DNA from: a virus
Length of the DNA: 64,000 nt
Reading direction: 5' to 3' (one strand)
Virus record (IMG/VR): IMGVR_UViG_3300042691_019444
Coordinates: 1-64,000 of that record
Shown: positions 1-8,784 of the stretch, in pieces
How the letters are laid out: each line of letters opens with the position of its first letter
Numbering within the stretch: the first letter of the stretch is position 1
Notes under the pieces: model-generated
Told to the model about the DNA's origin: nothing
The model's database searches: none
The model's input: only the letters and a program-made list of their open reading frames with translations
Program-made: the position numbers and the translations under genes

Positions 1-144
1 AAGGTTCGCTATCCGACCCCTGCGGTGGAGACCCCTGCGGTGGAGACCCCTGCGGTGGAGACCCCTGCGGAGACTCCGGTAGCGGTTGTGGAACCGGTAG
101 TCGAAGCCAAGAAGGGTAAGGGTAAGGGTAAGAAGACGGCGTGA
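1..144 (+). CDS. 3' end of a truncated low-complexity protein (TPAVE repeats, Lys-rich tail)
   Basis: Frame 1 reads KVRYP(TPAVE)3TPAETPVAVVEPVVEAKKGKGKGKKTA with TGA at 142-144. Confidence 0.6.
   Translation, partial: KVRYPTPAVETPAVETPAVETPAETPVAVVEPVVEAKKGKGKGKKTA
16..70 (+). repeat. 15-bp tandem repeat ACCCCTGCGGTGGAG x3 plus a partial copy
   Basis: Directly visible; encodes TPAVE. Confidence 0.9.
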
Positions 145-147
145 TGA

Positions 148-207
148 GGCCGAAACCTAGGGGGCAACCCCGATGGTCTGCGCGTACGTGCGCGCACTGA
201 GGAGGCC
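148..207 (+). ncRNA. Type II hammerhead ribozyme
   Basis: GGCC-GAAA-CC[GGGG GCAA CCCC]GG-UC | UGCGCG..CGCGCA-CUGAGGA-GGCC; all core nucleotides and three stems present; predicted cleavage after C178. Confidence 0.85.
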
Positions 208-209
208 AT

Positions 210-536
210 ATGATCGGGAAAACTACACGCCGGAGTAATTGTTTGCCGTCAGTGTCGGGATGGGCCCAAAGTCCATCACTGTATTTCCTACTAGGGATTA
301 CGTCTAATCCCTGCGCGACGTCAATTCCCAAGGATGCAGAGGGTGAGTACAGTATAATCCGCAATGGGACACTGTACCGGTTCAGGCTATTCCGGTCTGG
401 TAACGGACCGGGTAAGAATGGGTATAAGCGATTGTATGTAGAGTGCCCAGATTGTGGGCACCTAATCGAATGCGGACACCTTGGACAGCATAGGGGGTCC
501 AAGATATGCATTACACGTGCAAGTGTAAGAGTTTAG
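210..536 (+). CDS. Hypothetical protein with C-terminal zinc-finger-like motif
   Basis: SD GAGGAGG; CPDCGH...H...C. Confidence 0.6.
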   Translation: MIGKTTRRSNCLPSVSGWAQSPSLYFLLGITSNPCATSIPKDAEGEYSIIRNGTLYRFRLFRSGNGPGKNGYKRLYVECPDCGHLIECGHLGQHRGSKICITRASVRV

Positions 537-540
537 GTCT

Positions 541-583
541 TTGTGACCAGACTCCAGCTCATTCGGGTGAGTTGGAGTCTGAC
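541..583 (+). promoter_or_regulatory. 5'-leader hairpin, copy 1 (GACTCCAG...TTGGAGTCTGAC)
   Basis: Stem 548-561/568-581 just upstream of the SD; related copy at 1208-1255. Confidence 0.6.
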
Positions 584-597
584 CATGAGGAGGTATT

Positions 598-981
598 ATG
601 TATAGGATTTGGTTGGTAAATTTTGGGTGGTATTATCAGGATCTCGGGCATAAGACCGCACGTGAGGCTCTCAGGGCAGCACAACGCGGGGGGTTCGAGG
701 CTCGTGTTGAGAACGAGCAGGGGGACACGATCGTGACGTGGCATCCCATTGGTGGTGCACGGTGGTACACCCCTAGAACGGAGACGCCGTACGGATGCAG
801 GTTGGCAAAGCTCATAGCATCCGGTCAGATGTCTGAAGCCAGGAATCTGAGAGCGTTAGTTGGGAAGACTTCGTGGAGGGCGTGTGAAGCCCGTGCCATC
901 GCCGGTGCAATCCGGTACGCTAACCGGAAATGGGGTTTGAGTGAAGACCCACTCAAATGGTTATGGGAGGATTGGAAATGA
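598..981 (+). CDS. Hypothetical phage protein
   Basis: ORF with strong SD GAGGAGG. Confidence 0.7.
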   Translation: MYRIWLVNFGWYYQDLGHKTAREALRAAQRGGFEARVENEQGDTIVTWHPIGGARWYTPRTETPYGCRLAKLIASGQMSEARNLRALVGKTSWRACEARAIAGAIRYANRKWGLSEDPLKWLWEDWK

Positions 982-1190
982 GACTCACATTCACCGCCCC
1001 TACGGGAGTAGAGACCCCCGTATTGGACGATAAACACGCCCCCTATCACGTTGCAACAACGCATCTATGTGGGTGTGGGGAATTCTACGTGAGTGGTAGT
1101 GGTCTCAAACGCGATGGACTAAGGTTCATTGCGGACGCAGTCTGTTGTGACTGCGGGCAGATACGAGGGACCCTCATACTAGAACTATGA
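978..1190 (+). CDS. Small Cys-rich hypothetical protein
   Basis: SD GGAGG, ATGA overlap, CxC/CxxC motifs. Confidence 0.6.
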   Translation: MRLTFTAPTGVETPVLDDKHAPYHVATTHLCGCGEFYVSGSGLKRDGLRFIADAVCCDCGQIRGTLILEL

Positions 1191-1207
1191 CGGGGGTCAT
1201 TCCAATC

Positions 1208-1255
1208 TTGTGGCTGGACTCCAGTCCATTACGTGGTAGTGGGTTGGAGTCTGAC
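1208..1255 (+). promoter_or_regulatory. 5'-leader hairpin, copy 2
   Basis: Same outer stem as copy 1; inner stem has a different sequence but still pairs; precedes the helicase SD. Confidence 0.6.
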
Positions 1256-1271
1256 AACAAGGAGGCGGCAG

Positions 1272-3377
1272 ATGACCGCGAAGAGAGAGGTAATTGATGC
1301 GATGTTTCCTAGTCGGAGAACGGCTAGGAAACAGATGACCGCAACACGTGTTGCGGTACAGGTAGAACAGAGTGCACCTGAAGTGGATTACTCCAGGTTT
1401 GTTCAGGGTGCCAATCCCGAACAGACCGAGGCAATCCTTCATCGCGAAGGCCCCTTGGGGGTGTTTGCGGGTGCAGGTAGTGGCAAGACCAGAGTTCTGG
1501 TCTCCCGCGTAGGCGCACTCATCGCTTCTGGTGTTAGGCCAGAAAGAATCGTCAGCGTGACCTTCAGTAAGAAGGCTGCTGATGAGATGGGGGAGCGAGC
1601 AGCCAAGATGGGAATCCAAGGAGCGGTGTTTGCCACATGGCATTCCCTCGCGTTGCGTATGCTTCGCGAGGATGGGACGGAGTGGGGCACGGTCTGGAGT
1701 GTAGACGACACGGACCGGGCCAAACTCATTCTCAAGTCCGATGTACTCGGATACAAGGGAATGGGATGGAATGGTGCTGACTTGGGTCAAGTAGCGTCTT
1801 TCATCTCGTTCTGTAAGTCTCAGTTGTGGGCTGCTAATTCATCAGAGGCACAAGCCTACGCTGAGAAGGAGTTCGCTAAGGACTCTAAGAAGGCAATTGA
1901 AGCCTTCAAGCGGTATGACGTGGAGTTGGCTGATAACCAACTACTCACGTTCGATGACATGCTGGTGTTTGCCTATCAGTGGCTCTCCGTGGAGGAGAAC
2001 CGCAGACGATGGGCATCTAAGTGGGATTACGTCTTGCAGGATGAAGCGCAAGACGCCAACCCCGCACAGATGAAACTCGCGTCTATGTTGGCACGGGACC
2101 ATCGAAACTACATGATCGTCGGTGACCCTGCGCAAAGCATCTACGGATGGCGCGGGTCAAAACCAGAGTACATTACGACTTTCGCTTCCGTGTGGGAGGG
2201 TGCCAAGGTCGTGTGTATGAATCGCAATTACCGTTGCGGTTCACGCATTGTTGACGTCGCTAACGCGGTTATCACCAAGGCTGCAATCAAGCTCCCTGAC
2301 GACCTTATTGCAGAAGGTGGTTGGGAAGGTAACGTGTCATGGCGTCAGTGTAGTGACATGGATGCCGAAGCCAATTTCGTGGCTGCGGAAATTCTGGAGC
2401 GCCACAATACCGACCTAACACCCCTAGAACACAATACGGTTCTCTTCCGGACTAACGCGCAGTCTCGCGCGTTGGAAGAGGCTCTGCTCGCCCGTCAGAT
2501 CCCTTACGTCGTAGTGGGGGGTGTGTCGTTCTATGAGCGTAGAGAGGTGAAAGACATTCTAGCATACCTAAGAGTCGCATTGGGTAAGGGCAATCAGGAC
2601 GAGAACGTGCGGCGATGTCTCAATTCTCCATTCCGATACTTGGGAGCGGCATTCGCAGATAAGCTCTCAAGGTCATTGGTGGCGTTCCGTGGGAACGTTG
2701 CTAGTGCGGCGTACGATGCCTGTAATGCTACGCGTGTGCAGGCACGCCAGCGGGCATCCGTGATGGAATGGGTAGGTATTCTGGAGTCAGTAGTTGCGTA
2801 TGAGAACCGCCTCCATGATAAGGAATCAAGCGAAGAGAACGCAGGAACTCTCATTGATGCTTTGGTTGAGAAGACCAAATACATCGAGTGGCTGAAGCGT
2901 GACCAGGGGGAAGAAGGGTTGGAGTCGTCGCATGTTGCCAACATCAAGGAGTTGGCACGTGTTGCGACGCGCTTTGCGACTGCCACTGAACTACTCACAT
3001 TCATTGACAACACCATCGCCGCTGCGGAGCGGCAACGTAAGCAGAAGGAGCAGAAGGGGCGAGTTCTTCTCATGTCCATTCACCGATCTAAGGGTCTCGA
3101 ATGGCCTAACGTGTTCGTTATTGGTGCCGTGGAGGGGATTCTTCCCCACGGCAGGGGCGAGCCTGAAGAGGAACGCAGACTGTTCTATGTGGCTTGCACG
3201 CGAGCGGCACGCAGACTCTACATTACCTCTCCTAAGAGCATTGCACTCAAGGGAGGAGTCAAAGAAGTGAAGGTGTCCCAATTCGTTCGGGATGCCGGAT
3301 TAGGGGATGAGTTGGACTACTTTACTGACCTTGCCAGGGAGCGGGGGGAAGATGAGGAGCTGTGCGGTATCGCATAG
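1272..3377 (+). CDS. uvrD: UvrD/PcrA/Rep superfamily 1 DNA helicase
   Basis: AGAGSGKT, TFSKKAA, QDEAQD, VGDPAQSIYGWRG, NYR, HRSKGLEW, EERRLFYVACTRA; SD GGAGG at 1261. Confidence 0.95.
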   Translation: MTAKREVIDAMFPSRRTARKQMTATRVAVQVEQSAPEVDYSRFVQGANPEQTEAILHREGPLGVFAGAGSGKTRVLVSRVGALIASGVRPERIVSVTFSKKAADEMGERAAKMGIQGAVFATWHSLALRMLREDGTEWGTVWSVDDTDRAKLILKSDVLGYKGMGWNGADLGQVASFISFCKSQLWAANSSEAQAYAEKEFAKDSKKAIEAFKRYDVELADNQLLTFDDMLVFAYQWLSVEENRRRWASKWDYVLQDEAQDANPAQMKLASMLARDHRNYMIVGDPAQSIYGWRGSKPEYITTFASVWEGAKVVCMNRNYRCGSRIVDVANAVITKAAIKLPDDLIAEGGWEGNVSWRQCSDMDAEANFVAAEILERHNTDLTPLEHNTVLFRTNAQSRALEEALLARQIPYVVVGGVSFYERREVKDILAYLRVALGKGNQDENVRRCLNSPFRYLGAAFADKLSRSLVAFRGNVASAAYDACNATRVQARQRASVMEWVGILESVVAYENRLHDKESSEENAGTLIDALVEKTKYIEWLKRDQGEEGLESSHVANIKELARVATRFATATELLTFIDNTIAAAERQRKQKEQKGRVLLMSIHRSKGLEWPNVFVIGAVEGILPHGRGEPEEERRLFYVACTRAARRLYITSPKSIALKGGVKEVKVSQFVRDAGLGDELDYFTDLARERGEDEELCGIA
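1338..1357. repeat. Dispersed palindrome ACCGCAACACGTGTTGCGGT, in frame in the helicase N-terminus
   Basis: Exact 20-mer; encodes TATRVAV. Confidence 0.95.
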
Positions 3378-4012
3378 CCGACGGGGTACCTGCTCGGTCT
3401 GCAAAGATGGGCGGGTATCCAACTCCAACGTTCGATCAATATCTACATGCTCTAAGGGACGGCCGCATAACGTTCGACCGGTTCCTTAGTGCGACCACCA
3501 TGCGATGGTGGGCATTGTCGGCCACGCTCTATCGTAAATGGGGCAAGGACGCCTCGGGGGTGGATGTGGCTGACTTGTACCAGGAGCTAACTCTAGCAGC
3601 CTGGACGTTCGTGTCGCAATGGGACGCTACACGTGGAACCACGTTGGAGCAGTTCGTTGTATATAATGCAATGGACAAGGCCAAGAAGTGGTTACACGTG
3701 CAACGCGCGGCCAAACGTAGCGGTAATGCGGATGGCAATCCATCTCGGCGTGAAGTCTGTTCTGATTCAATCAAGCGCAACGTAGGCGTGATTGAATCAG
3801 AACTAACGAGGTTTGATGGGTACCGGGAAGCTATGAGTAAGGCCGACGAAAAATTCGGTTGCATCATCCATAGCCTCGCGCGTACAAATAGTGTCACAAT
3901 GACTGCGAGGGAGATTTACAAGTCAAAGGAGCGTAGGCGGGAGTATCACCTATGCTCTCTTGAGCATGCACATCGCGTGGTGCGGAGTGTGCTCAAGCGA
4001 CTTGCGTCCTAA
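3362..4012 (+). CDS. Phage sigma-70-family (region 2) RNA polymerase sigma factor-like protein
   Basis: DVADLYQELTLAAWTFVSQWDATRGTTLEQFVVYNAMDKAKKWL fits the region 2 pattern (DLxQE...W...D..RG..F); region 4 degenerate; alternative start at 3407. Confidence 0.7.
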   Translation: MRYRIADGVPARSAKMGGYPTPTFDQYLHALRDGRITFDRFLSATTMRWWALSATLYRKWGKDASGVDVADLYQELTLAAWTFVSQWDATRGTTLEQFVVYNAMDKAKKWLHVQRAAKRSGNADGNPSRREVCSDSIKRNVGVIESELTRFDGYREAMSKADEKFGCIIHSLARTNSVTMTAREIYKSKERRREYHLCSLEHAHRVVRSVLKRLAS

Positions 4013-4036
4013 CACCGCAACACGTGTTGCGGTGTT
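4011..4036. repeat. Dispersed palindrome, extended to 26 bp
   Basis: AACACCGCAACACGTGTTGCGGTGTT. Confidence 0.95.
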
Positions 4037-4045
4037 GGGCAAATG

Positions 4046-4053
4046 CGGCATAA
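4046..4053 (+). promoter_or_regulatory. CGGCATAA putative phage promoter element
   Basis: Recurs upstream of many SD/start codons. Confidence 0.6.
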
Positions 4054-4079
4054 GCGGTTCACACAATAGGAGGCTGAAA

Positions 4080-5342
4080 ATGGCGGCGAAGAAATGTTAC
4101 GGCGTGGTTCTGGCAAAGGCGAACGAGGAAAGTGTCAATGCGGCGCTCAGCGCTGCGGACCTACCGGAAGACGGCACCCTTGAGGAGAAGATCGGGCGTC
4201 TCGTAGCGTACTACCGCAAGGAAGTTTCGAAAGAGAACCTTGCGAAGTGCGACAACTGCGAGGGTGTTTCCGACGTCAGTCTGGACAAGTGCCCATATTG
4301 CGGTGAGGGCGACGAAGAAGAGGAGTCCGAAGAGGAGGAGTCCGAAGAAGAGGAGTCCGAAGAGGAGGAGTCCGAAGAGGAGGACGAGGAAGAAGAGTCC
4401 GAAGAGGAGGACGAGGAAGAAGAGGAAGAAGAAGCGCCACCCCCACCCCCAAAGAAGGAGAAGGGTAAGAAGGCTGAACCGGAGCCCAAACCCGCAAAGG
4501 GTAAGAAGGCTGAACCGGAGCCCGAACCCAAACCAGCAAAGGGCAAGAAAGCAATCGATGCCGTCACTACGGCAATCGCACCTGCGAAGAAACCAGGGCG
4601 TCCACCGAAGGCTGAGATCGTCAAGGCTGAGGATGGTCCTGATCCAAAGTACAAGGTCGGTGACCTGGATACGGCAATTGAGCGCGTGAAGGGCCTTCGA
4701 GCAAAGGGCGAAGAGACCCTGTACGACCTTGGGAAAGAGCTTGCGGCCATTCATGGGGAGCAATTGTGGAAGCTCCGCCAGGACAAGGATGGGAATCCTG
4801 CCTATAAGGGGTTCGGTCAGTTCTGCGCGGCCGAGGTGGGGTTGTCACACACAACAGTATTCCAACTCATCGATGTGTCGACGAAGTTCGACCGCAAGCT
4901 GTTCAGTGAAGTCGGCCATAAGAAGTTGGCACTTGTGCTTCAGGCTCCCGAGGCCGTGCAACCTGAACTCATCAAGAAGGTGAGCACCGGAGTTTCTCAC
5001 CGAGACCTTCTCACGGAAGTGAAGGCCAAGCGCGACGAGGCAGGGGTTTCCAAGCGTAACACCGGTCGCAAGGAGATGCCGAAAGGTAAGGCCCCCAAGA
5101 GCAAGAAGACTGAGCCTGCAATCACCATTGCGGCGGTCATTGGCAAGAAGACCATCAAGCTCTACCAGGACCCCAAGAAGTCCGGTAAGAAGGAGTTGGT
5201 CCCCGCCACAGACCTGGCTCAGAACCCATTCGGGTACGATGAGTTGGGCAACGGTGTGCGAGAATACTTCAGCATCCAAAAGGGTCCTGATGGGGCTCTG
5301 ATTCTGCACATCGTGCGTAAGCGTGAAGGCAAAGAGAAGTAA
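4080..5342 (+). CDS. Putative DNA-binding/nucleoid protein (Zn ribbon, Glu tract, Lys/Pro repeats, DUF3102-like helical domain)
   Basis: CDNC..CPYC; (EEEES)n; KGKKAEPEPKPA repeats; LGKELAAI...YKGFGQFCAAEVGLSHTTVFQLI; SD AGGAGG. Confidence 0.55.
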   Translation: MAAKKCYGVVLAKANEESVNAALSAADLPEDGTLEEKIGRLVAYYRKEVSKENLAKCDNCEGVSDVSLDKCPYCGEGDEEEESEEEESEEEESEEEESEEEDEEEESEEEDEEEEEEEAPPPPPKKEKGKKAEPEPKPAKGKKAEPEPEPKPAKGKKAIDAVTTAIAPAKKPGRPPKAEIVKAEDGPDPKYKVGDLDTAIERVKGLRAKGEETLYDLGKELAAIHGEQLWKLRQDKDGNPAYKGFGQFCAAEVGLSHTTVFQLIDVSTKFDRKLFSEVGHKKLALVLQAPEAVQPELIKKVSTGVSHRDLLTEVKAKRDEAGVSKRNTGRKEMPKGKAPKSKKTEPAITIAAVIGKKTIKLYQDPKKSGKKELVPATDLAQNPFGYDELGNGVREYFSIQKGPDGALILHIVRKREGKEK

Positions 5343-5363
5343 CCGGCTTACTGCATCATCGAC

Positions 5364-5402
5364 AAAGGTCATCTATCTACCCGATAGGTGACCTTTTTTT
5401 TT
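5364..5402 (+). terminator. Rho-independent terminator
   Basis: GGTCATCTATC-TACCC-GATAGGTGACC followed by T9. Confidence 0.85.
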
Positions 5403-5409
5403 GTCTCAA

Positions 5410-5417
5410 CGGCATAA
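5410..5417 (+). promoter_or_regulatory. CGGCATAA putative phage promoter element before polB
   Basis: Between the terminator and SD GGAGG/ATG 5434. Confidence 0.6.
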
Positions 5418-5433
5418 CCCCCCGGAGGTTCTC

Positions 5434-8112
5434 ATGCGCTATGTTGGCGGATTCGTCGATAGGGACTATACGACGCTCGTTTACAGGACTGCGGACGGCG
5501 TTCGGAGAGGGAGGCAGTTTCCGGTTGAGTGGGTGACGTATTTCAAGCTCTCGCAACTAGGGCAATACCGAAACGATATTGAGCGCTCTACGGCGGTACT
5601 TGGCGCGCGTGTGGAAAACGATGAGTGGTTGCGGGTTAGGTGGGCAACAAGGGATGCCCGCTATGCCGTGACAGCAACAACTGACCGCCAAGGGAACGAC
5701 ATACCGAATTGGTTTCGCATGAGGGGCATTGTTCCGTATGAGAATGATGTGAGTCCCGTACGTAGGTTCTTTTCGGATAACAACGCAGAGACGGAACCGT
5801 GGCCGAGAGTCGCATATCTGGATATCGAAACTGACTCACGTTTACCGTTCTCTAAGCGTGAGCAGATGCGGGTGTTGTGTTGGACGGTAGTGGCGGGGTG
5901 TGATTGTCCTGAGAAGAACATCCAAGAGGGGGACGTGATATTCGAGGGATTGGAAGAGTTCACAGATGAGTCTGAGAAGGAGTTGCTAGATAAGCTGTGG
6001 ACTGCACTGGAACCGTTTGATGTGGTGGCGGCATGGTATGGGGACGGGTTTGACTTTCCGGTCATCAGGGCACGCACCCTGAAGGTTGGATTGTCGATTC
6101 AGTTTGAGTATTGGCGGTTCGTGGATCATCTGCGCGTGTATGAGCTTCTCAATAAGAACGTTGCGGAGACTGGAGATGAGAAGTCTTCGCTTGCCCTGAA
6201 TAGCGTGTGTCAGGCTGTGTTGGGTAAAGGTAAGCACGACTTCGATGCAAGTAAGACGTATCAGGCTTGGGAATCCGGTGGAGCAGAGCGTGAGCGGATG
6301 TTCGCTTATTGCCGTCAAGATACTAAGCTGTTGAAGGAGTTAGAGGATAAGACCGGATACCTGAAGACGTTCGGTACTATGTGTGCGGCGTGCAGGCTGT
6401 TCATGGAAACCTATTCACTGAAGTCTTCAATTCAGATGGATGGGTTCATGCTCCGGTTGGGTCGTGAGAGTAACTACCACTTCCCCTCAACGTTTGGATT
6501 CACGCCGTTGAACGAACTTACGTATAAGGGTGCATGGGTGATGAGCCCTAAACTGCACGGCATAATTCCCAACGTCCATGTGGCAGACTTTAGTTCACTG
6601 TACCCGAGCATCATGATTAGTTGGAATATGAGCCCGGAGACTGTGAACCATGAAGCTCCAATCAACGGCCCAATACCCCCGAATTCATGTAGGGCGCCAG
6701 GGACCGGAGTGGTGTTTAGGACCGACGTAGAAGGGTTGTTGCCTAAGGCGCTGAACGTGTTGTTGGGTATGCGTAAGGAGTGGGCCGATAAGAAGTCACA
6801 ATGCGTCCCAGGTACGCCTGAGTTTCAGGCAGCCGACCGTTGGAGCATGGCCTATAAGGTATTGGCAAATTCGTTCTACGGTGTAGTGGGGAGTACCAAT
6901 AGTCGATACCATGACCGTCGCATCGCTGAGTCTGTTACACAGACAGGCGCATGGTTGAATCAGACTACGGTGTTCGAGGCTGAGAAGGTTGGGATTATGG
7001 CCTTCTACGGTGATACGGATTCGTTTTTTGCCAATCAGGTAAGTAAGGATAGGTTCGCGAACTTCGTGGAGTGGTGCAATGTTGAGTTGTACCCAAGACT
7101 ACTCAAAGAACGAGGGTGCACAATCAATAGAGTGAAGTTGGCGTATGAGAAGGAATTCGCAGCCCTAATCCTCCTTGCAGCTAAGAAGTATTTTGGGTTC
7201 TATCAGCACTATAAGGGGAAGCCTGCTACGGCTAAGTCCAAACCTGAAGTGAAGGGGATGGAGTATCGGAGGGGGGATTCAATTGCTATTGCACGTGAGA
7301 TGCAGGGGCGCGTGATTGACATCTTCCATAAGGGAGTACAGTACGACGACAACGGCAACGTGAAGGGGTTCGTTGCCCCTGAACCAACTGACGTGTTGCC
7401 AATTCTGGAAGAGTACCGGGATAGGACGTTGAGTGGAAACCTTGATCTGAACGACATTGTGTTGGCTCAGTCATTGACTCAGCCCATATCCGAATATAAG
7501 GCGAAGACGCCGCCAGCCCATATCCGGGTTGCGATGATGTTGCGGGAGCGCGGTAAGGACGTTAGTCCGGGCACCCGTATTCGATATGTCGTAATCGACG
7601 GGTCGAAGTCTCCGAAGGTTGTGATTCCAGCGGAAGACTGGACTGGTGAATATGACTGCTATGCGGTTTGGGAAGATAGGTTGTTTCCGCCGACCGGGAG
7701 AGTGTTGGAGGTAGCGTTCCCTAACCATAACTGGAAGCCGTGGTTTAGGGTACGGCCAAAGAAGCGACGGGGAGCTACCGCCAAGGAGCAGCCAAGCCTA
7801 CCGTTGCACAACCCCAAGGCAACGCCACCCAAGCCCGTTATGGTGCCACCCAAGCCCGTAGCACCGCCACCTATGCGCCCCACCCCCCTAACCGTGCGCA
7901 TCAACGCCACAACCCCTGATAGCAGGCAAGTAAGACGCGCAATCCTATCGCTCAAACCTCTCATTGAATCGTGCGAGCCGGGTGACACCAAAGTCATCAT
8001 TGAGGTATCGACTGGTGATGCGATTATGACGTTGTTGGTGACCAATCCCATAACGCCAACCGCCCAATTGATTGCAATCTTGAAGAAGAAAGGATGGTTA
8101 CATGCGTCGTAA
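5434..8112 (+). CDS. polB: Family B DNA polymerase with 3'-5' exonuclease
   Basis: Exo DIETD, FDFP, YCRQD; Pol DFSSLYPSI, KVLANSFYG, YGDTDS, KKYF, KGME. Confidence 0.95.
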   Translation: MRYVGGFVDRDYTTLVYRTADGVRRGRQFPVEWVTYFKLSQLGQYRNDIERSTAVLGARVENDEWLRVRWATRDARYAVTATTDRQGNDIPNWFRMRGIVPYENDVSPVRRFFSDNNAETEPWPRVAYLDIETDSRLPFSKREQMRVLCWTVVAGCDCPEKNIQEGDVIFEGLEEFTDESEKELLDKLWTALEPFDVVAAWYGDGFDFPVIRARTLKVGLSIQFEYWRFVDHLRVYELLNKNVAETGDEKSSLALNSVCQAVLGKGKHDFDASKTYQAWESGGAERERMFAYCRQDTKLLKELEDKTGYLKTFGTMCAACRLFMETYSLKSSIQMDGFMLRLGRESNYHFPSTFGFTPLNELTYKGAWVMSPKLHGIIPNVHVADFSSLYPSIMISWNMSPETVNHEAPINGPIPPNSCRAPGTGVVFRTDVEGLLPKALNVLLGMRKEWADKKSQCVPGTPEFQAADRWSMAYKVLANSFYGVVGSTNSRYHDRRIAESVTQTGAWLNQTTVFEAEKVGIMAFYGDTDSFFANQVSKDRFANFVEWCNVELYPRLLKERGCTINRVKLAYEKEFAALILLAAKKYFGFYQHYKGKPATAKSKPEVKGMEYRRGDSIAIAREMQGRVIDIFHKGVQYDDNGNVKGFVAPEPTDVLPILEEYRDRTLSGNLDLNDIVLAQSLTQPISEYKAKTPPAHIRVAMMLRERGKDVSPGTRIRYVVIDGSKSPKVVIPAEDWTGEYDCYAVWEDRLFPPTGRVLEVAFPNHNWKPWFRVRPKKRRGATAKEQPSLPLHNPKATPPKPVMVPPKPVAPPPMRPTPLTVRINATTPDSRQVRRAILSLKPLIESCEPGDTKVIIEVSTGDAIMTLLVTNPITPTAQLIAILKKKGWLHAS

Positions 8113-8623
8113 AGTCGAGACCACTACGGTGAAGTTACCCGAACAGATAAGTAGGATTGGGCGGGTAATTGAGACGGTATTCAGTTGTGATATTTGGGAG
8201 GAGTATAAGGAGCTGAAAGCGAAGCTCCGAATAGGTGAGGGGCACGCTGATTATTACACCGTACTAAGAGCCAATGATGAGGCTGAAGCCAACTACCTAA
8301 GGGCGTCGCGACTGTTGGCTAACGCTGAGTTGGAGTTGAAGAAGTTTATGGTTGAGCACCGTAAGACGTGCGCGGCTATGCGTAGTGATGCCCTAAAGTC
8401 GCTGAAGGAAGAGAAGTTGGAGGGTAGTAGGACTAAGACCATTACCAATCAGGACCTAGACGATTATGCGGCAGTACACTTCCACGACCTATGGACCGCA
8501 CAGGAGACAAGTAAGGTTCAGCATGAACAGACAATCGAGCACTTGAGAGTGTTGGTTGATGCGTGGAAGTCTAGGTGCCGCACACTCCAGGGCATGGTTG
8601 CAAAGGTACGCAATACTACCTAG
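8102..8623 (+). CDS. Coiled-coil protein, possible UvsY-like recombination mediator
   Basis: All-helical, about 170 aa, between polB and SSB/RecA; resemblance by eye only. Confidence 0.4.
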   Translation: MRRKVETTTVKLPEQISRIGRVIETVFSCDIWEEYKELKAKLRIGEGHADYYTVLRANDEAEANYLRASRLLANAELELKKFMVEHRKTCAAMRSDALKSLKEEKLEGSRTKTITNQDLDDYAAVHFHDLWTAQETSKVQHEQTIEHLRVLVDAWKSRCRTLQGMVAKVRNTT

Positions 8624-8628
8624 GGTGC

Positions 8629-8648
8629 ACCGCAACACGTGTTGCGGT
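8629..8648. repeat. Dispersed palindrome
   Basis: Exact 20-mer. Confidence 0.95.
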
Positions 8649-8677
8649 ATAGTTGGGGAGCCGTTCCGGGTAGCGGC

Positions 8678-8711
8678 AGGGATGCACGGGTAGTGCGTCC
8701 CTTTTCTTTTT
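8678..8711 (+). terminator. Rho-independent terminator
   Basis: AGGGATGCAC-GGGTA-GTGCGTCCCT followed by a T-rich tract. Confidence 0.8.
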
Positions 8712-8784
8712 AGGCATTACGGCATAAGCTACTTGTCCAGTTTCGTAGCTATAACGCAACGAAAACAACGCAACGGAGAACATC

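Noticed and set aside
541-590. Leader hairpins at 541 and 1208 as additional hammerheads
   Set aside because: CUGA is not followed by NGA and there is no GAAA/stem III
3960-4079. ORF-track N-terminal extensions running through palindromes (also 12047, 15848, 29705, 40654, 48324)
   Set aside because: Better SD-supported ATGs lie downstream, so these copies are intergenic
4161-4763. Long minus-strand ORFs (poly-Ser, Leu/Phe-rich), and others such as 13440-14312 and 63180-63959
   Set aside because: Antisense shadows of clear plus-strand genes
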